Shown: positions 7,872-17,226 of the stretch, one piece after another
How positions within the stretch are numbered: the stretch's first letter is position 1
How the letters are laid out: every line of letters starts with the position of its first letter
NCBI GenBank assembly: GCA_963785725.1
Contig: CAWAWS010000003.1
Location: forward strand, 128,001 to 192,000
From: an uncultured delta proteobacterium
Lineage (GTDB): Bacteria > Myxococcota_A > Polyangia > Palsa-1104
DNA length: 64,000 nucleotides
Direction: 5' to 3'
Notes under the pieces: generated by a model
What the model was told of the DNA's origin: nothing
Databases searched by the model: none
The model's input: the letters and a program-made list of their open reading frames with translations, nothing else
Position numbers and translations under genes: made by a program

Positions 7872-8445
7872 GCTCACTGCTCGGTGCACGAAACGAACCA
7901 CGGCCGAGTGCGCGCAAGAACGACGCAGCCTTCGTCGGCACGGCAAGATTCGCCATTGTTTCCGGGGCTGAAGCGTTACAGGCAAAATCGCAAATCGGCC
8001 GCGATTCGTTGGGCGCGATGATGCAATTTTGCAACGCTGCGCTCACGGTGTTTTGCGACGGCCGCGACCCGCGAACGGCCGTCGCAACGCAGGTAACGAC
8101 AGGGCTCGCCGGACGAATTCGCCGCTGCCGAGCGCGAACGGCGGTTCCGCAATGCAGCACTATAGGCGTTACGTCGAAATGACACGAGCTCTCGAGCGTC
8201 CGCCCGATGCGCCGGCGGGCGAGCGAGCGCGGGTCGGCGGGCATGTCGCCGCGTAAACGATCGCGCCGCGATGCCGCGCGAATCAGCCTCGAATGCGACG
8301 CTCGCCGCAATTGACGGAGACAATCGCTTCCACATCAATGGCAATCGAAAGGCCGCATGAAGCGAGCGCCTTAACGTTGGCGTTGGTTATTCGCGATATT
8401 GGCGAGCACACGGATTCGGCCAACCGCGTGGCAGGAATGGTGGGA

Positions 8446-9402
8446 TCAGCAGCGGGTGAGGATCTCGCAGCCGTCGTCGGTGACGAGGAGCGTGTGCTCG
8501 AACTGCGCGCTGCGTTTGCCGTCGGCGGTCACGACGGTCCAGTCGTCGTCCCATTCGCTGATGTCGTAGTCGCCCATGCACAACATCGGCTCGATCGTGA
8601 AGCACATGCCGGGCTCCATGATGCGCGTCGCGGCGGGATCGACGTGATGCGGAATGTGGAGCGGCTCGTGAAAGCCGGCGCCGATGCCGTGACCGCCATA
8701 GCGGCGCACGACGGAATACCCTTGCGCGTGCGCGTGCGGCTCGATGGCACGGCCGATGTCGCCGATGGGTCGGCCGGGACGCACGGCGGCGATGCCGAGG
8801 TCGAGGCATTCGCGCGTGACGCGCACGAGGCGCTCCGATTCGCGGTCGAGCTTGCCGACGGCGAACGTGGCGTTGGTATCGCCGTGAACTCCGTCGAGGA
8901 AGATGGTGACGTCGAGGTTGACGAGGTCGCCGTCGACGAGGCGGCGATCGTCGGGGATGCCGTGGCAGACGACTTCATTCACCGAGGTGCACAGCGATTT
9001 GGGGTAACCGTGAAAGTTCAACGTCGACGGATATCCGCCGCGCGCGATGTAGGCGGCGTGGGCGACGCCGTCGAGCTCGTCGGTGGTGACGCCGGGGCGA
9101 ATTCGCGCCGCGCATTCGGCGAGGACTTCGGCGGCGGCGCGGCCGGCGCGGCGCATGGCGGCGATTCCTTCGGCCGGCAAGAGCGTGTAACGACGCGCGA
9201 CCTTGGGCTGACCGCTGTCGGCATAGTCGGGGCGTGCGATGGCCGGCGGCACCGGCCGGCGCGCCGAGACCCGGCCTTTTTTCACGGCGGCGCGCGGCAC
9301 GAGCGCGTCGATCGGGCCGTGGCAGCGCGCGTAGGTCTCGCCGCGACCGCAGGGGCACGGATCGTTCGGTGCCGGGCGGCGCGCGCGCGCGTTGGGGCTC
9401 AC
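8446..9402 (-). CDS. map: Type I methionine aminopeptidase with N-terminal SEC-C-like Zn motif
   Basis: SVNEVVCHGIP, HGDTN, GHGIG, FTIEPM, SAQFEHT; N-terminal NDPCPCGRGETYARCH. Confidence 0.92.
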   Translation of the reverse strand: MSPNARARRPAPNDPCPCGRGETYARCHGPIDALVPRAAVKKGRVSARRPVPPAIARPDYADSGQPKVARRYTLLPAEGIAAMRRAGRAAAEVLAECAARIRPGVTTDELDGVAHAAYIARGGYPSTLNFHGYPKSLCTSVNEVVCHGIPDDRRLVDGDLVNLDVTIFLDGVHGDTNATFAVGKLDRESERLVRVTRECLDLGIAAVRPGRPIGDIGRAIEPHAHAQGYSVVRRYGGHGIGAGFHEPLHIPHHVDPAATRIMEPGMCFTIEPMLCMGDYDISEWDDDWTVVTADGKRSAQFEHTLLVTDDGCEILTRC

Positions 9403-9605
9403 GAGCGGCCTCGATCGCGCGCCCAGCGTTTGACGTCCGGTCGCAGCCACAGCCGCGGCCGGCCGTTGCCGAGATCGACGACGGGACGCGGCATATCGCG
9501 ATAGCGCCGCTGATAAAGGCTGACGCTGTTGGCGTGCGCGAGCCCGAGCAGCTGGGCGACGGCGCGCGCGTCGATCAATTGACTCGTGTGTACCCAAGGC
9601 GACAT
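9399..9605 (-). CDS. Small AlpA/excisionase-like HTH protein
   Basis: LIDARAVAQLLGL...MPRPV...LWLRPDVKRW pattern; overlaps the map start by 4 nt. Confidence 0.7.
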   Translation of the reverse strand: MSPWVHTSQLIDARAVAQLLGLAHANSVSLYQRRYRDMPRPVVDLGNGRPRLWLRPDVKRWARDRGRS

Positions 9606-9680
9606 GCGCGAAAGTCTAATCCCGTAGACAGGCGTTGTCTAGCGGTGGAGACAGCTTTGCGGCGCTGCGGCGAGCGGCGG

Positions 9681-9959
9681 CTAATCGCGTGGCAGCTCGC
9701 GCATCTCTACTGTGCCGCCGGCTTCGTACACTGGATTGCCATCGAGCAGTCGGCGGGCTTGGTTGAGGCTCTCCGCCTCGACACGTCTATAGCCGGTCAG
9801 ATGTGCGGCAATCGGCGGGGATGATCCGTTCTTGTTGACGCAAACGCCGACCCCAATCGAGCTGCCTCCTCGAGGTGACCGCCTTCACGCAACTTCGAAA
9901 GATAGCGTCGGCGAGGCTTTCGGCGCGTCGTGATGCATGAGGAAGAGATAGTCGCTCAT
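9681..9959 (-). pseudogene. YciI-like protein with two frameshifts
   Basis: Manual translation across frames gives MSDYLFLMHHDA / YLSKLREGGHLE / GGSSIGVGVC...LTGYRRVEAESLNQARRLLDGNPVYEAGGTVEMRELPRD*; absent from the ORF track. Confidence 0.65.
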
Positions 9960-10039
9960 CGAACGGAGCGTAGAGCCGCGCCTCTTCCGCAGCAATCAGA
10001 ACTGATCGGGCTGTCGTGCGTCCTCTACTAAGGACACAC

Positions 10040-10810
10040 CTAATCGGTCGCGAGGAGCGGGAGAGACGCTGGATCTTGCTGATAGTAGAGCCGCAGCTGT
10101 TCGTACAGCGCCTGATGCTTTGCCTGCAGCTCGCGCGGGCTCTCGAAGAAGGCCTCGGTGACGACGGCGAAGAATTCGGCGGGGTTCTTGGCGCCATAGG
10201 TGTCGATGAGCGTCTGCCGATGATGCTCGGACGCGCTCACCAGCTCGGCATATTCGCCGCCGAGGACGCTGGCCCACGTCGCATACATCGAACGCCGCGG
10301 CAATCCCGGCGCGCCGTTGGCCGCGCCATCCTCGAGGTCGAGCTGATGGGCGAACTCGTGCAAGACGACATTGTGCCCGGTGCGCGTGGCGCCCTGAATG
10401 CTGTCCCAGCTCAGCACGAGTGCGCCGTGTTGCCACGATTCACCGAGGCGCACTTCGAAGTCGTCGCTGATGAGACCGCCCGGCAGCGGCGTGCCGATGG
10501 GAACGACATAAGCGGACGGATAGACGAGGATCGATTCCAAGCCGGGATAATAATCAGTGTCGCGATGTAACAAGAGGAGGCACGCTTCGCCGGCGATCGT
10601 GATCTTCATTTCGTCGGTCATGACGAGGCCGCCGCAGCCTTCGAAGTGTTTCTCGGCGAGAAAGACCTGCATGTGCCCGGCGAGCTCGACTCGATCGTGC
10701 TCCGGTAAGCGACGATAATAGGGCACGTTTCGCTCGAGAATGGCGTGCCATTCGGGCGGCGTCGGACGGGCGCGTAAGCCGGCGCGGTGATGATTGCGAA
10801 AGAAGCTCAT
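10040..10810 (-). CDS. MtfA-like zinc peptidase (M90)
   Basis: NVVLHEFAHQLD and YGAKNPAEFFAVVTEAFFE motifs. Confidence 0.9.
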   Translation of the reverse strand: MSFFRNHHRAGLRARPTPPEWHAILERNVPYYRRLPEHDRVELAGHMQVFLAEKHFEGCGGLVMTDEMKITIAGEACLLLLHRDTDYYPGLESILVYPSAYVVPIGTPLPGGLISDDFEVRLGESWQHGALVLSWDSIQGATRTGHNVVLHEFAHQLDLEDGAANGAPGLPRRSMYATWASVLGGEYAELVSASEHHRQTLIDTYGAKNPAEFFAVVTEAFFESPRELQAKHQALYEQLRLYYQQDPASLPLLATD

Positions 10811-11059
10811 TCAACCACTATCGATAAGGCCGGTCGCGCCGCGGCACAAGACGCAGAACGACGGCGAAATGACGAATCGCGAAGATTCGTCGTATCGCTA
10901 GGCGTGTCGGGATGTCTTCGAGGTTCGGACCGAGGCAGTTCGCCGCAAGGAGGCCCGACATGTTAAGAGCTCAGCGCGCTTGCCCAAAGGCCGGTGACCG
11001 GTAAGTGACGACGCCGCTCAGCCGCAGTTGGCCTGCCGACGGGCGAGCTTCGAGGACCG

Positions 11060-11596
11060 CTAAGGTTTGATGACGGTGCTGGCGACGGTCTTATCCCAGC
11101 TGATGGCCAGCGTGACTTTGCCCTCGGCGGCGGGCGAGAACGATATCGTCAGCTGCTCGACCGGCGTGGGCGACGTGCTCAGCTTGAGCGCAGTGCGGCC
11201 GACGTCGCTCTTGGCGTCGTACTTATAAGCGCCCCACTGCTTTGCTTCTTTATTGATGATGAGCTGCCAATCAGTGGCTTTGGGAAGCGTGAATAACGAA
11301 TAGCTGCCCTTGGCGACTTTGAGATCGCCGACGGTGACGTCGCCGTCGCAGGTGAACGTCGTGGCTTCGTCGGCGCCGGTGCGCCAGACCTCGCCGAACG
11401 GAACCAGCGCGCCGAAGATGTCGCGCCCTTTCTTGAAGGGACGACCGTATTCGATCGTGATCGTCTTGCCACCGACCGTGGTCGTGACCTTGTCGTGCGG
11501 GCTGGCGCGCTTGTCGGCCGCGTAAAGACGGGCGGCGACGAGACCGAGGACGATGATGGCGCCGGCGGCGATGACGAGTCGCGTGCTCTTTTTCAT
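11060..11596 (-). CDS. DUF2911-family secreted protein
   Basis: Signal peptide; RASP, YGRP..KGR.IFG.LVPFGEVWRTGADEAT. Confidence 0.85.
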   Translation of the reverse strand: MKKSTRLVIAAGAIIVLGLVAARLYAADKRASPHDKVTTTVGGKTITIEYGRPFKKGRDIFGALVPFGEVWRTGADEATTFTCDGDVTVGDLKVAKGSYSLFTLPKATDWQLIINKEAKQWGAYKYDAKSDVGRTALKLSTSPTPVEQLTISFSPAAEGKVTLAISWDKTVASTVIKP

Positions 11597-11978
11597 GGGA
11601 TGCTCATCATCGTACAAACGGCTCGCCGGTCAAGTGGCCGCGCTCGGAGGATTCGTCACTGCCGAAACATCGCGTCTCACTCGTTCGCTGCTATTGGTCG
11701 TTCTCGTCGCTGTCGGCGGCCAAAGCGGGCTCGCTATTGTTGCAGCGCGGGTCGCAAGCCACCGTCGTCTCGCGAAAAGACCGCATATGGCGCGTCGGCT
11801 TGCGCAACAGCGCGCCGCAGCGGGAAAGCATTCGCGAATGACCGATTGTCGGCATGACCGATAACCGTTCGCGCTCGTCATGCGTCCACAAGAATGAGCG
11901 CATGAGGGTATTCAAACTCGTCGATATGGCGACTGATTCGTCGGCGGAGACGTATATCGCGATGGATTAGCGCAACGG

Positions 11979-13202
11979 CTAAAGGCCGCGCAATCCGCCG
12001 AAAGGCGAGCCGACGCGACGCTCGTTCTCCAAATGGAACCCGAAACGAAAGCGAATACGGTGGTCGGGATCGAATAAGCCGGCCGGCGGATTCGGGAATG
12101 GCTGCGCCCGCTGAAATGCCCCGACCGCCTCGTCGTCCAAGACGCCGACGCCGCTCGACTGACTGACCTCGACGGAGACGATGTGTCCATTTTCGTCGAG
12201 CGTGACGTCGACGACCGTCACCATGTTCCTGTCCATCGCCCGGCTGCGCGGACTGCCCTGCATGCGATCGCTCGGCCGCCACTGCTCGCCGACGCGCTGC
12301 TTCACGCGATTGAAGAACGACGCATATTTGAACTCGCGCGTATTCAAGAACGTGCCTTCGCCGATCGGCACTTTGTTCAAGAAGTCGTTGGGCGCGGCAC
12401 CGACCGCTTCGGCCGGCGCGCCCGCCGCGTGAGTCTCCTCGGGCGCATCGGGCGTCCCCGCTTTGCCCTCCGAGCCCTCTTGCCCTTGCTGCGCCAACAG
12501 CGAACCCGGCCGCAGCTGCAAGCGACTGGCGAAACCGCTCGTCATCGCGGCGTCGCCTTTGACGCGCGTCTCGCCGTCGTCGCTGCGCTCGAGCGTCGCC
12601 ACTTTGGGGCGGTTCTCGCTCTTGGGAATCGCCCGCTCGGCGCTCAGCGTCTTTTCGGCCTTCGTCTTGTCCTCGGTGCCGGTGCCCTGGTTTCCCTTGA
12701 GCTTCGCCGCCTGCTCTTTGGTTTCGTTGGGCTGCACCTGCGTCTGCTTGGGCATCGCCTTGCCGTAAAACGGCGTGGTCTCGCGCGCCCGCGTCTCCTT
12801 CGCCACCGTGTTGTCGTGCTCGGCGAGATAGGCGCTGTCGGTCGGCTTCTGGTCATTGCCGGCCGCGACGTCGACGACTTGTCCCGTCGGCATCGTCTCC
12901 TTCTTGACCTCGGGGGCGCGCTTGGCCGCCGCCTTCGCCGCGGCGGCGGGCGGCTCCGGCTGGTGCGTCGAGTCCCAATCCTTGGCCGACACCGTCACCA
13001 TGTCGACGTCCTGCTCGTCGAATTGATCGGCCGGCTTGGGCGGATTGACGAGCATGGCCGCTTTGGGCGACAGCGCCTGAAACGTCGTAATGACGACAAA
13101 ATGCACGGCCAGCGACGACGCCATCCAGGCCAAGAGCCAGCCCGCCGAGCGCGGAGCCCGGCGAGAATCAATCGCGCGTATCTGAATGCTGCTCGCCAAC
13201 AT
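11979..13202 (-). CDS. TonB-family protein (N-terminal TM, TonB_C domain); start uncertain
   Basis: SLAVHF TM motif; C-terminal SSGVGVLDDEAVGAFQRAQPFPNPP. Confidence 0.85.
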   Translation of the reverse strand: MLASSIQIRAIDSRRAPRSAGWLLAWMASSLAVHFVVITTFQALSPKAAMLVNPPKPADQFDEQDVDMVTVSAKDWDSTHQPEPPAAAAKAAAKRAPEVKKETMPTGQVVDVAAGNDQKPTDSAYLAEHDNTVAKETRARETTPFYGKAMPKQTQVQPNETKEQAAKLKGNQGTGTEDKTKAEKTLSAERAIPKSENRPKVATLERSDDGETRVKGDAAMTSGFASRLQLRPGSLLAQQGQEGSEGKAGTPDAPEETHAAGAPAEAVGAAPNDFLNKVPIGEGTFLNTREFKYASFFNRVKQRVGEQWRPSDRMQGSPRSRAMDRNMVTVVDVTLDENGHIVSVEVSQSSGVGVLDDEAVGAFQRAQPFPNPPAGLFDPDHRIRFRFGFHLENERRVGSPFGGLRGL

Positions 13203-13418
13203 CGAAGGAACGCTTTCATGTAGCCCGGCGGGCCGCTTTGGGCAAGCCGCGCGGCATGGGCGGCGCCGCGTCGCTGGCGACGGTGCGAAAGCGGGAACAA
13301 AAAGCGCCGGCAGCTCGTCGGCGTGCTGGCCGGCAGGCGGCCGCTCGCCCGACGGCCGGGCGCTCGGCGCGGACGCGCGCCGGCCGGCGATCGGCGCTGC
13401 GCCTCAGGTAACGCGCGT

Positions 13419-13602
13419 GCCGGGCGAGCTGCTGTCCGCTCGCGAAAGGCATGGGGCGCCCGGCGAGCTGCTGTCCGCTCGCGAAAAGCGCGAGACGCCC
13501 GGCGAGCTGCTGTCCGCTCGCGAAAGGCGCGGGACGCCCGGCGAGCTGCCGTTGCTCGCGAAAGGCGCGGGAACTCCGGGCGAGTTGCCGTGCACTCGCG
13601 AA
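13419..13602. repeat. 39-bp tandem repeat x5 with internal hairpin
   Basis: Units start at 13419, 13458, 13497, 13536, 13575; core GCGAGC-N8-GCTCGCGAAA. Confidence 0.85.
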
Positions 13603-13763
13603 CGAGACGGCCACGAGCTGCCAGTTGCGGTCGGAAAGACGCTGGACGGTGGCGAATTGGCGGCGGCTGCGCTTGGGAAAACGCGGACAGCGGCTGATTT
13701 GGTCGCACTCAGGACGGCGCGAGAGGGCGGCCAATCGCTGGCGTTACGCTCGGGACAGCGCGA

Positions 13764-13948
13764 GACGGCCGCCACTTGCGGCAGTGCGCCGGCGAGGCGC
13801 CGGACGGCCGCCAATTGTCGGCACTGCGGAAGGCGAGCCGAAGACGGCCGCCCATTGTCGGCACTGTGCCGGGCGAGCCGAAGACGGCCGCCCATTGTCG
13901 CCAACTGCGCTCGGACAGCCGCGGGACGGCCGCCCATTGTCGGCACTG
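13764..13948. repeat. ~40-bp tandem repeat x5
   Basis: GACGGCCGCCCATTGTCGGCACTG-like core at 13764, 13803, 13843, 13883, 13925. Confidence 0.85.
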
Positions 13949-14008
13949 CGCCCGCACAGGCGGCCCAATTGGCGCGCTGCCGACGAGGCGCGAGCCGGCA
14001 TGCGTCGA

Positions 14009-14037
14009 TTGCCAAGATTAGTAAGGCACCGTAGTAT
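14009..14037 (+). promoter_or_regulatory. sigma70-like promoter of marR with overlapping palindromic operator
   Basis: TTGCCA-N17-TAGTAT; imperfect palindrome TAGTAAGGCACCGTAGTA (14019-14036); ATG 8 nt after the -10 box, so probably leaderless. Confidence 0.7.
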
Positions 14038-14045
14038 TTTCGCCG

Positions 14046-14894
14046 ATGGAGCGCTTCATTCCCAACGAGCTCGCGATCGAGATGATGCGCCGCTACAAGA
14101 AGCGCTTTCCCGATCTCGATACGAACGCCGTCGAGCTGGCGCTGCGGGTCAAGCGCTTCGCCAACCTCGCCGAGGCCCACGCCGAAGCGCACTTCGCCCG
14201 TTACGGCCTGACTGCGGGCCGTTTTCGCATCCTCATCGAGCTCTTCGAAGCCAGCGACGGATTGACCCCGAGCGCGCTCGCCGAGCATGGCTGCGTCTCG
14301 CGCTCGACCATCACCGGGCTCTTGACCAACCTCGAGAAGGACGGGCTCGTCGAGCGCGCGCCCGGCCGCGACGATGGACGCTCCTTTCGCACCCGCCTGA
14401 CCGAGGACGCGCGGCGCAAGATGGAGCGCATCTTGCCCGACCATTTCCGGCGCATGAGCGAGCTGGCGACGGTGCTCGACGACGATGAGCAGCGGGAATT
14501 CATGCGGATTTTGCGCAAGATCGAGCCGATGTTCCAGCTCGCGCCGGAGACGCAGCCGACGACGGCGCGGGCGCGCCCACCGGCGCCGCCGCAGGCGAAG
14601 ACGCCGCGCCCGCAGAGCGCGAAGACGCCGCACCTGCGGACGGCGAAGACGCCGCGCCTGCACGAGCGCGAAGACGCCGCGCCTGCAGAGCGCGAAGACG
14701 CCGCGCCCGCAAAGCGCGAAGACGCCGCACCTGCGGACGGCGAAGACGCCGCGCCTGCACGGCGCGAAGACGCCGCACCTGCGGACGGCGAAGACGCCAC
14801 TTCAACCGACGGGAAAGACGCCGCGCCCGCCCCGACGCCAGCCGACAACGGCGCGGATGAAGCCGATTCGCTGACCGCCCCGCCCGGCCGCTGA
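14046..14894 (+). CDS. MarR-family regulator with repetitive C-terminal tail
   Basis: YGLTAGRFRIL, LTPSALAE..VSRSTITGLLTNLEKDGLVER..DDGRS winged HTH. Confidence 0.9.
   Translation: MERFIPNELAIEMMRRYKKRFPDLDTNAVELALRVKRFANLAEAHAEAHFARYGLTAGRFRILIELFEASDGLTPSALAEHGCVSRSTITGLLTNLEKDGLVERAPGRDDGRSFRTRLTEDARRKMERILPDHFRRMSELATVLDDDEQREFMRILRKIEPMFQLAPETQPTTARARPPAPPQAKTPRPQSAKTPHLRTAKTPRLHEREDAAPAEREDAAPAKREDAAPADGEDAAPARREDAAPADGEDATSTDGKDAAPAPTPADNGADEADSLTAPPGR
14594..14834 (+). repeat. 24-bp coding tandem repeat x10 in the marR tail
   Basis: (G/C)GCGAAGACGCCGC-based units; the third unit is 25 nt. Confidence 0.9.
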
Positions 14895-14950
14895 AACCGA
14901 GCGGCAGGCTCGCGCATCTGACCATGAAGTCGCCCGTTCGCTCGCGAGAG

Positions 14951-15269
14951 TAGTTAGGCACCGAAGCATCAGGAGCGCCGAAGTACGCGAAAGTAGTTAG
15001 CCACCGAAGCATCGGCGTGCGGTCGGACTGAACGTCGTTAGCTAGCGAATCATCGGCGCGGTGGGACTGAATGTCGTTAGCCACCGAAGCATCGGCGCGC
15101 GGTCGGATCTGAAAGTAGCCACCGAAGCGTCGGCGCGAGCGTTCGCAAGGTAGTTAGGCACCGAATCTTCGCGAGGTAGTTAGGCACCGAATCTTCGCGA
15201 GGTAGTTAGGCCCGAATCTTCGTAAAGGCAGTCAGCCGCCGAATCGTCGCAAAGTAGTTAGCCGCCGAA
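14951..15269 (+). repeat. Array of 10 operator-like direct repeats (TAGTTAG(G/C)CACCGAA)
   Basis: Copies at 14951, 14994, 15035, 15074, 15112, 15151, 15177, 15203, 15229, 15255. Confidence 0.88.
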
Positions 15270-15291
15270 TCATCGAGGTCAGTGGAACGAG

Positions 15292-16908
15292 ATGTCTCAG
15301 GTCGTATCGCCTACCGCGCCACTGCCGCCGTCGCCGCCGCCGCGACCGATCTCCGAGACGATCACGCCCGCGATGCGCGCCATCGTCACCATCACCGTCA
15401 TGGCGGCGACCATCATGGAGGTGCTCGACACCTCGATCGTCAACGTCGCGCTGCCGAACATGCAAGGCCAGCTCGGCGCCACGCTCGACGACATCGGCTG
15501 GGTGTCGACCGGCTACATCATCTCCAACGTCATCGTCCTGCCGCTGACCGGCTGGCTCTCCGACGTCTTCGGCCGCCGCAAATATCTCGCCTACTCCGTC
15601 ATCCTCTTCACGCTGGCGTCGTTCGGCTGCGGCATCTCGCGCAGCCTCGGGACGCTCGTCACCTTCCGCATCATCCAAGGCATGGGCGGCGCCGCCTTTC
15701 TGTCGACGGCGCAAGCGACCCTCGTCGAAATCTACCCCAAGAATCGCCAGGGTTTCGCGCAGGCCATGTTCGGCATGGGCGTCGTCATGGCGCCGACGCT
15801 GGGGCCGACCGTCGGCGGCTTCATCACCGATCATTACACGTGGCCGTGGATCTTCTTCGTCAACGTGCCCGTCGGAATCTTGGCCGCCGTCCTGTGCTTC
15901 GCCTACGTGCCCGATTCGCTGGCGGCCTCGGCGCCACGACGGGCCGACTTCGCCGGCATCCTCTTGCTCGCCGTCGGGCTCGGCTCGCTGCAGACGATCC
16001 TCGAGCGCGGCGAGCAGGAGGACTGGTTCGAGAAGCCGTACATCACGGCGCTGGCGCTGACGGCGCTGTGCGGCGGGATCGCGTTCGTTTGGTGGGAGCT
16101 CAATCCGCGCAACAAGTCGCCGGCCGTGGACCTGCGCGTGCTCGCCAATCGCAACCTCGCCGCCGGCTCGGCGTTCGCGTCGGCGCTCGGCTTCGGCCTC
16201 TACGGCTCGGTGCTGCTGATTCCGCAGTTCTTGCAACGCGTGCAGGCGCATACGGCGCAACAAACGGGCCTCTTGCTGCTGCCCGGCGGCATCGCGACGG
16301 CAATGATGATGCCTATCATCGCACGCATGCTGACGCGCTTCGACCCGCGCTTCTTCATCGGCGCCGGCATGACGCTCCTCGGCACGTCGGCGCTGTGGCT
16401 GGCGCATCTGCTGACGCTGGAGACGCCGAACTCGGCCATCTTCGTGCCGCTCATCCTGCGCGGAATGGGCATCGGGCTGCAGTTCGTGCCGCTGTCGATC
16501 GTCGCCTTGGGCACGCTCAAGCCCAACAAAGTGGCCGAAGGCGCCGGCCTCTATAATCTGTTCCGGCAGCTCGGCGGCTCTTTTGGCATCGCAATTTTAG
16601 CGACGATCCTCGATCGACGGCAGAAGTTCCACTTCGATCGACTGCGCGAGCACGTCGATGTCGGCAATGTGCTCGTGCAGCAGCAGCTCGCGGCCATCAA
16701 GCTGCGGCTGGCCGGCGGCGGTTACATGCCGGGCGACATCGATCAGGCGGCGCAGCGAATCCTCGGCGGAAACGTGACGCACCAGGCGTTCAATTTGAGC
16801 TTCATCGACGCGTTTTGGGCGATGGGCTGGATCTGCTTCTCGGCGCTGCTGCTGCTGTTCTTGTTTCAGCGGGCGAAGAATCGGAATAGCGCGGCAGCGG
16901 CGCATTAA
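15292..16908 (+). CDS. DHA2-family (EmrB/QacA) MFS efflux permease
   Basis: MEVLDTSIVNVALP, GWLSDVFGRR, APTLGPTVGG, RQLGGSFGIA. Confidence 0.95.
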   Translation: MSQVVSPTAPLPPSPPPRPISETITPAMRAIVTITVMAATIMEVLDTSIVNVALPNMQGQLGATLDDIGWVSTGYIISNVIVLPLTGWLSDVFGRRKYLAYSVILFTLASFGCGISRSLGTLVTFRIIQGMGGAAFLSTAQATLVEIYPKNRQGFAQAMFGMGVVMAPTLGPTVGGFITDHYTWPWIFFVNVPVGILAAVLCFAYVPDSLAASAPRRADFAGILLLAVGLGSLQTILERGEQEDWFEKPYITALALTALCGGIAFVWWELNPRNKSPAVDLRVLANRNLAAGSAFASALGFGLYGSVLLIPQFLQRVQAHTAQQTGLLLLPGGIATAMMMPIIARMLTRFDPRFFIGAGMTLLGTSALWLAHLLTLETPNSAIFVPLILRGMGIGLQFVPLSIVALGTLKPNKVAEGAGLYNLFRQLGGSFGIAILATILDRRQKFHFDRLREHVDVGNVLVQQQLAAIKLRLAGGGYMPGDIDQAAQRILGGNVTHQAFNLSFIDAFWAMGWICFSALLLLFLFQRAKNRNSAAAAH

Positions 16909-17019
16909 AGGCGGTTCTCGATCCGCTCCCGTCGCGAACCCTGCTGCGGGCCGCGTCTGCTTCGTTGCGCATCGCTTTAGTGAACCGCCAGTCGCTTTGC
17001 TCTTCGCGCCTCGCTGCCG

Positions 17020-17121
17020 CGTAGTTGCTTCCCAGTCATGCCTCGCATGTTGCGTACGTGGTTGCTTCGCAGTCATGCCGCGCAGCTGACGCGTGCGTGG
17101 TTATTCGCAGTCATGCTTCGC
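17020..17121. repeat. ~38-bp degenerate tandem repeat x3
   Basis: CGT(A/G)GTT(GC/A)TTC(C/G)CAGTCATGC at 17020, 17057, 17096. Confidence 0.7.
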
Positions 17122-17226
17122 GTGAGCGAGATCGTCGCGCCCCGTGTTCTGCTTCGTGCGGTCAGCGGCGCTTCTTCGCCGCGGCTTCCCAGCGCGAGCG
17201 CCCGGCTGTGACGAGACTCGCCGGAG

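Noticed and set aside
9399..9605. Prophage or integrative element marked by the AlpA-like gene
   Set aside because: No integrase, att repeats or phage genes nearby
13764..13948. CRISPR array
   Set aside because: Spacers are about 16 nt and partly identical; repeats are degenerate
14951..15269. CRISPR array
   Set aside because: Repeat core is only about 15-18 nt, spacers are 11-28 nt and similar to each other, periods are irregular, and no cas genes are in the window
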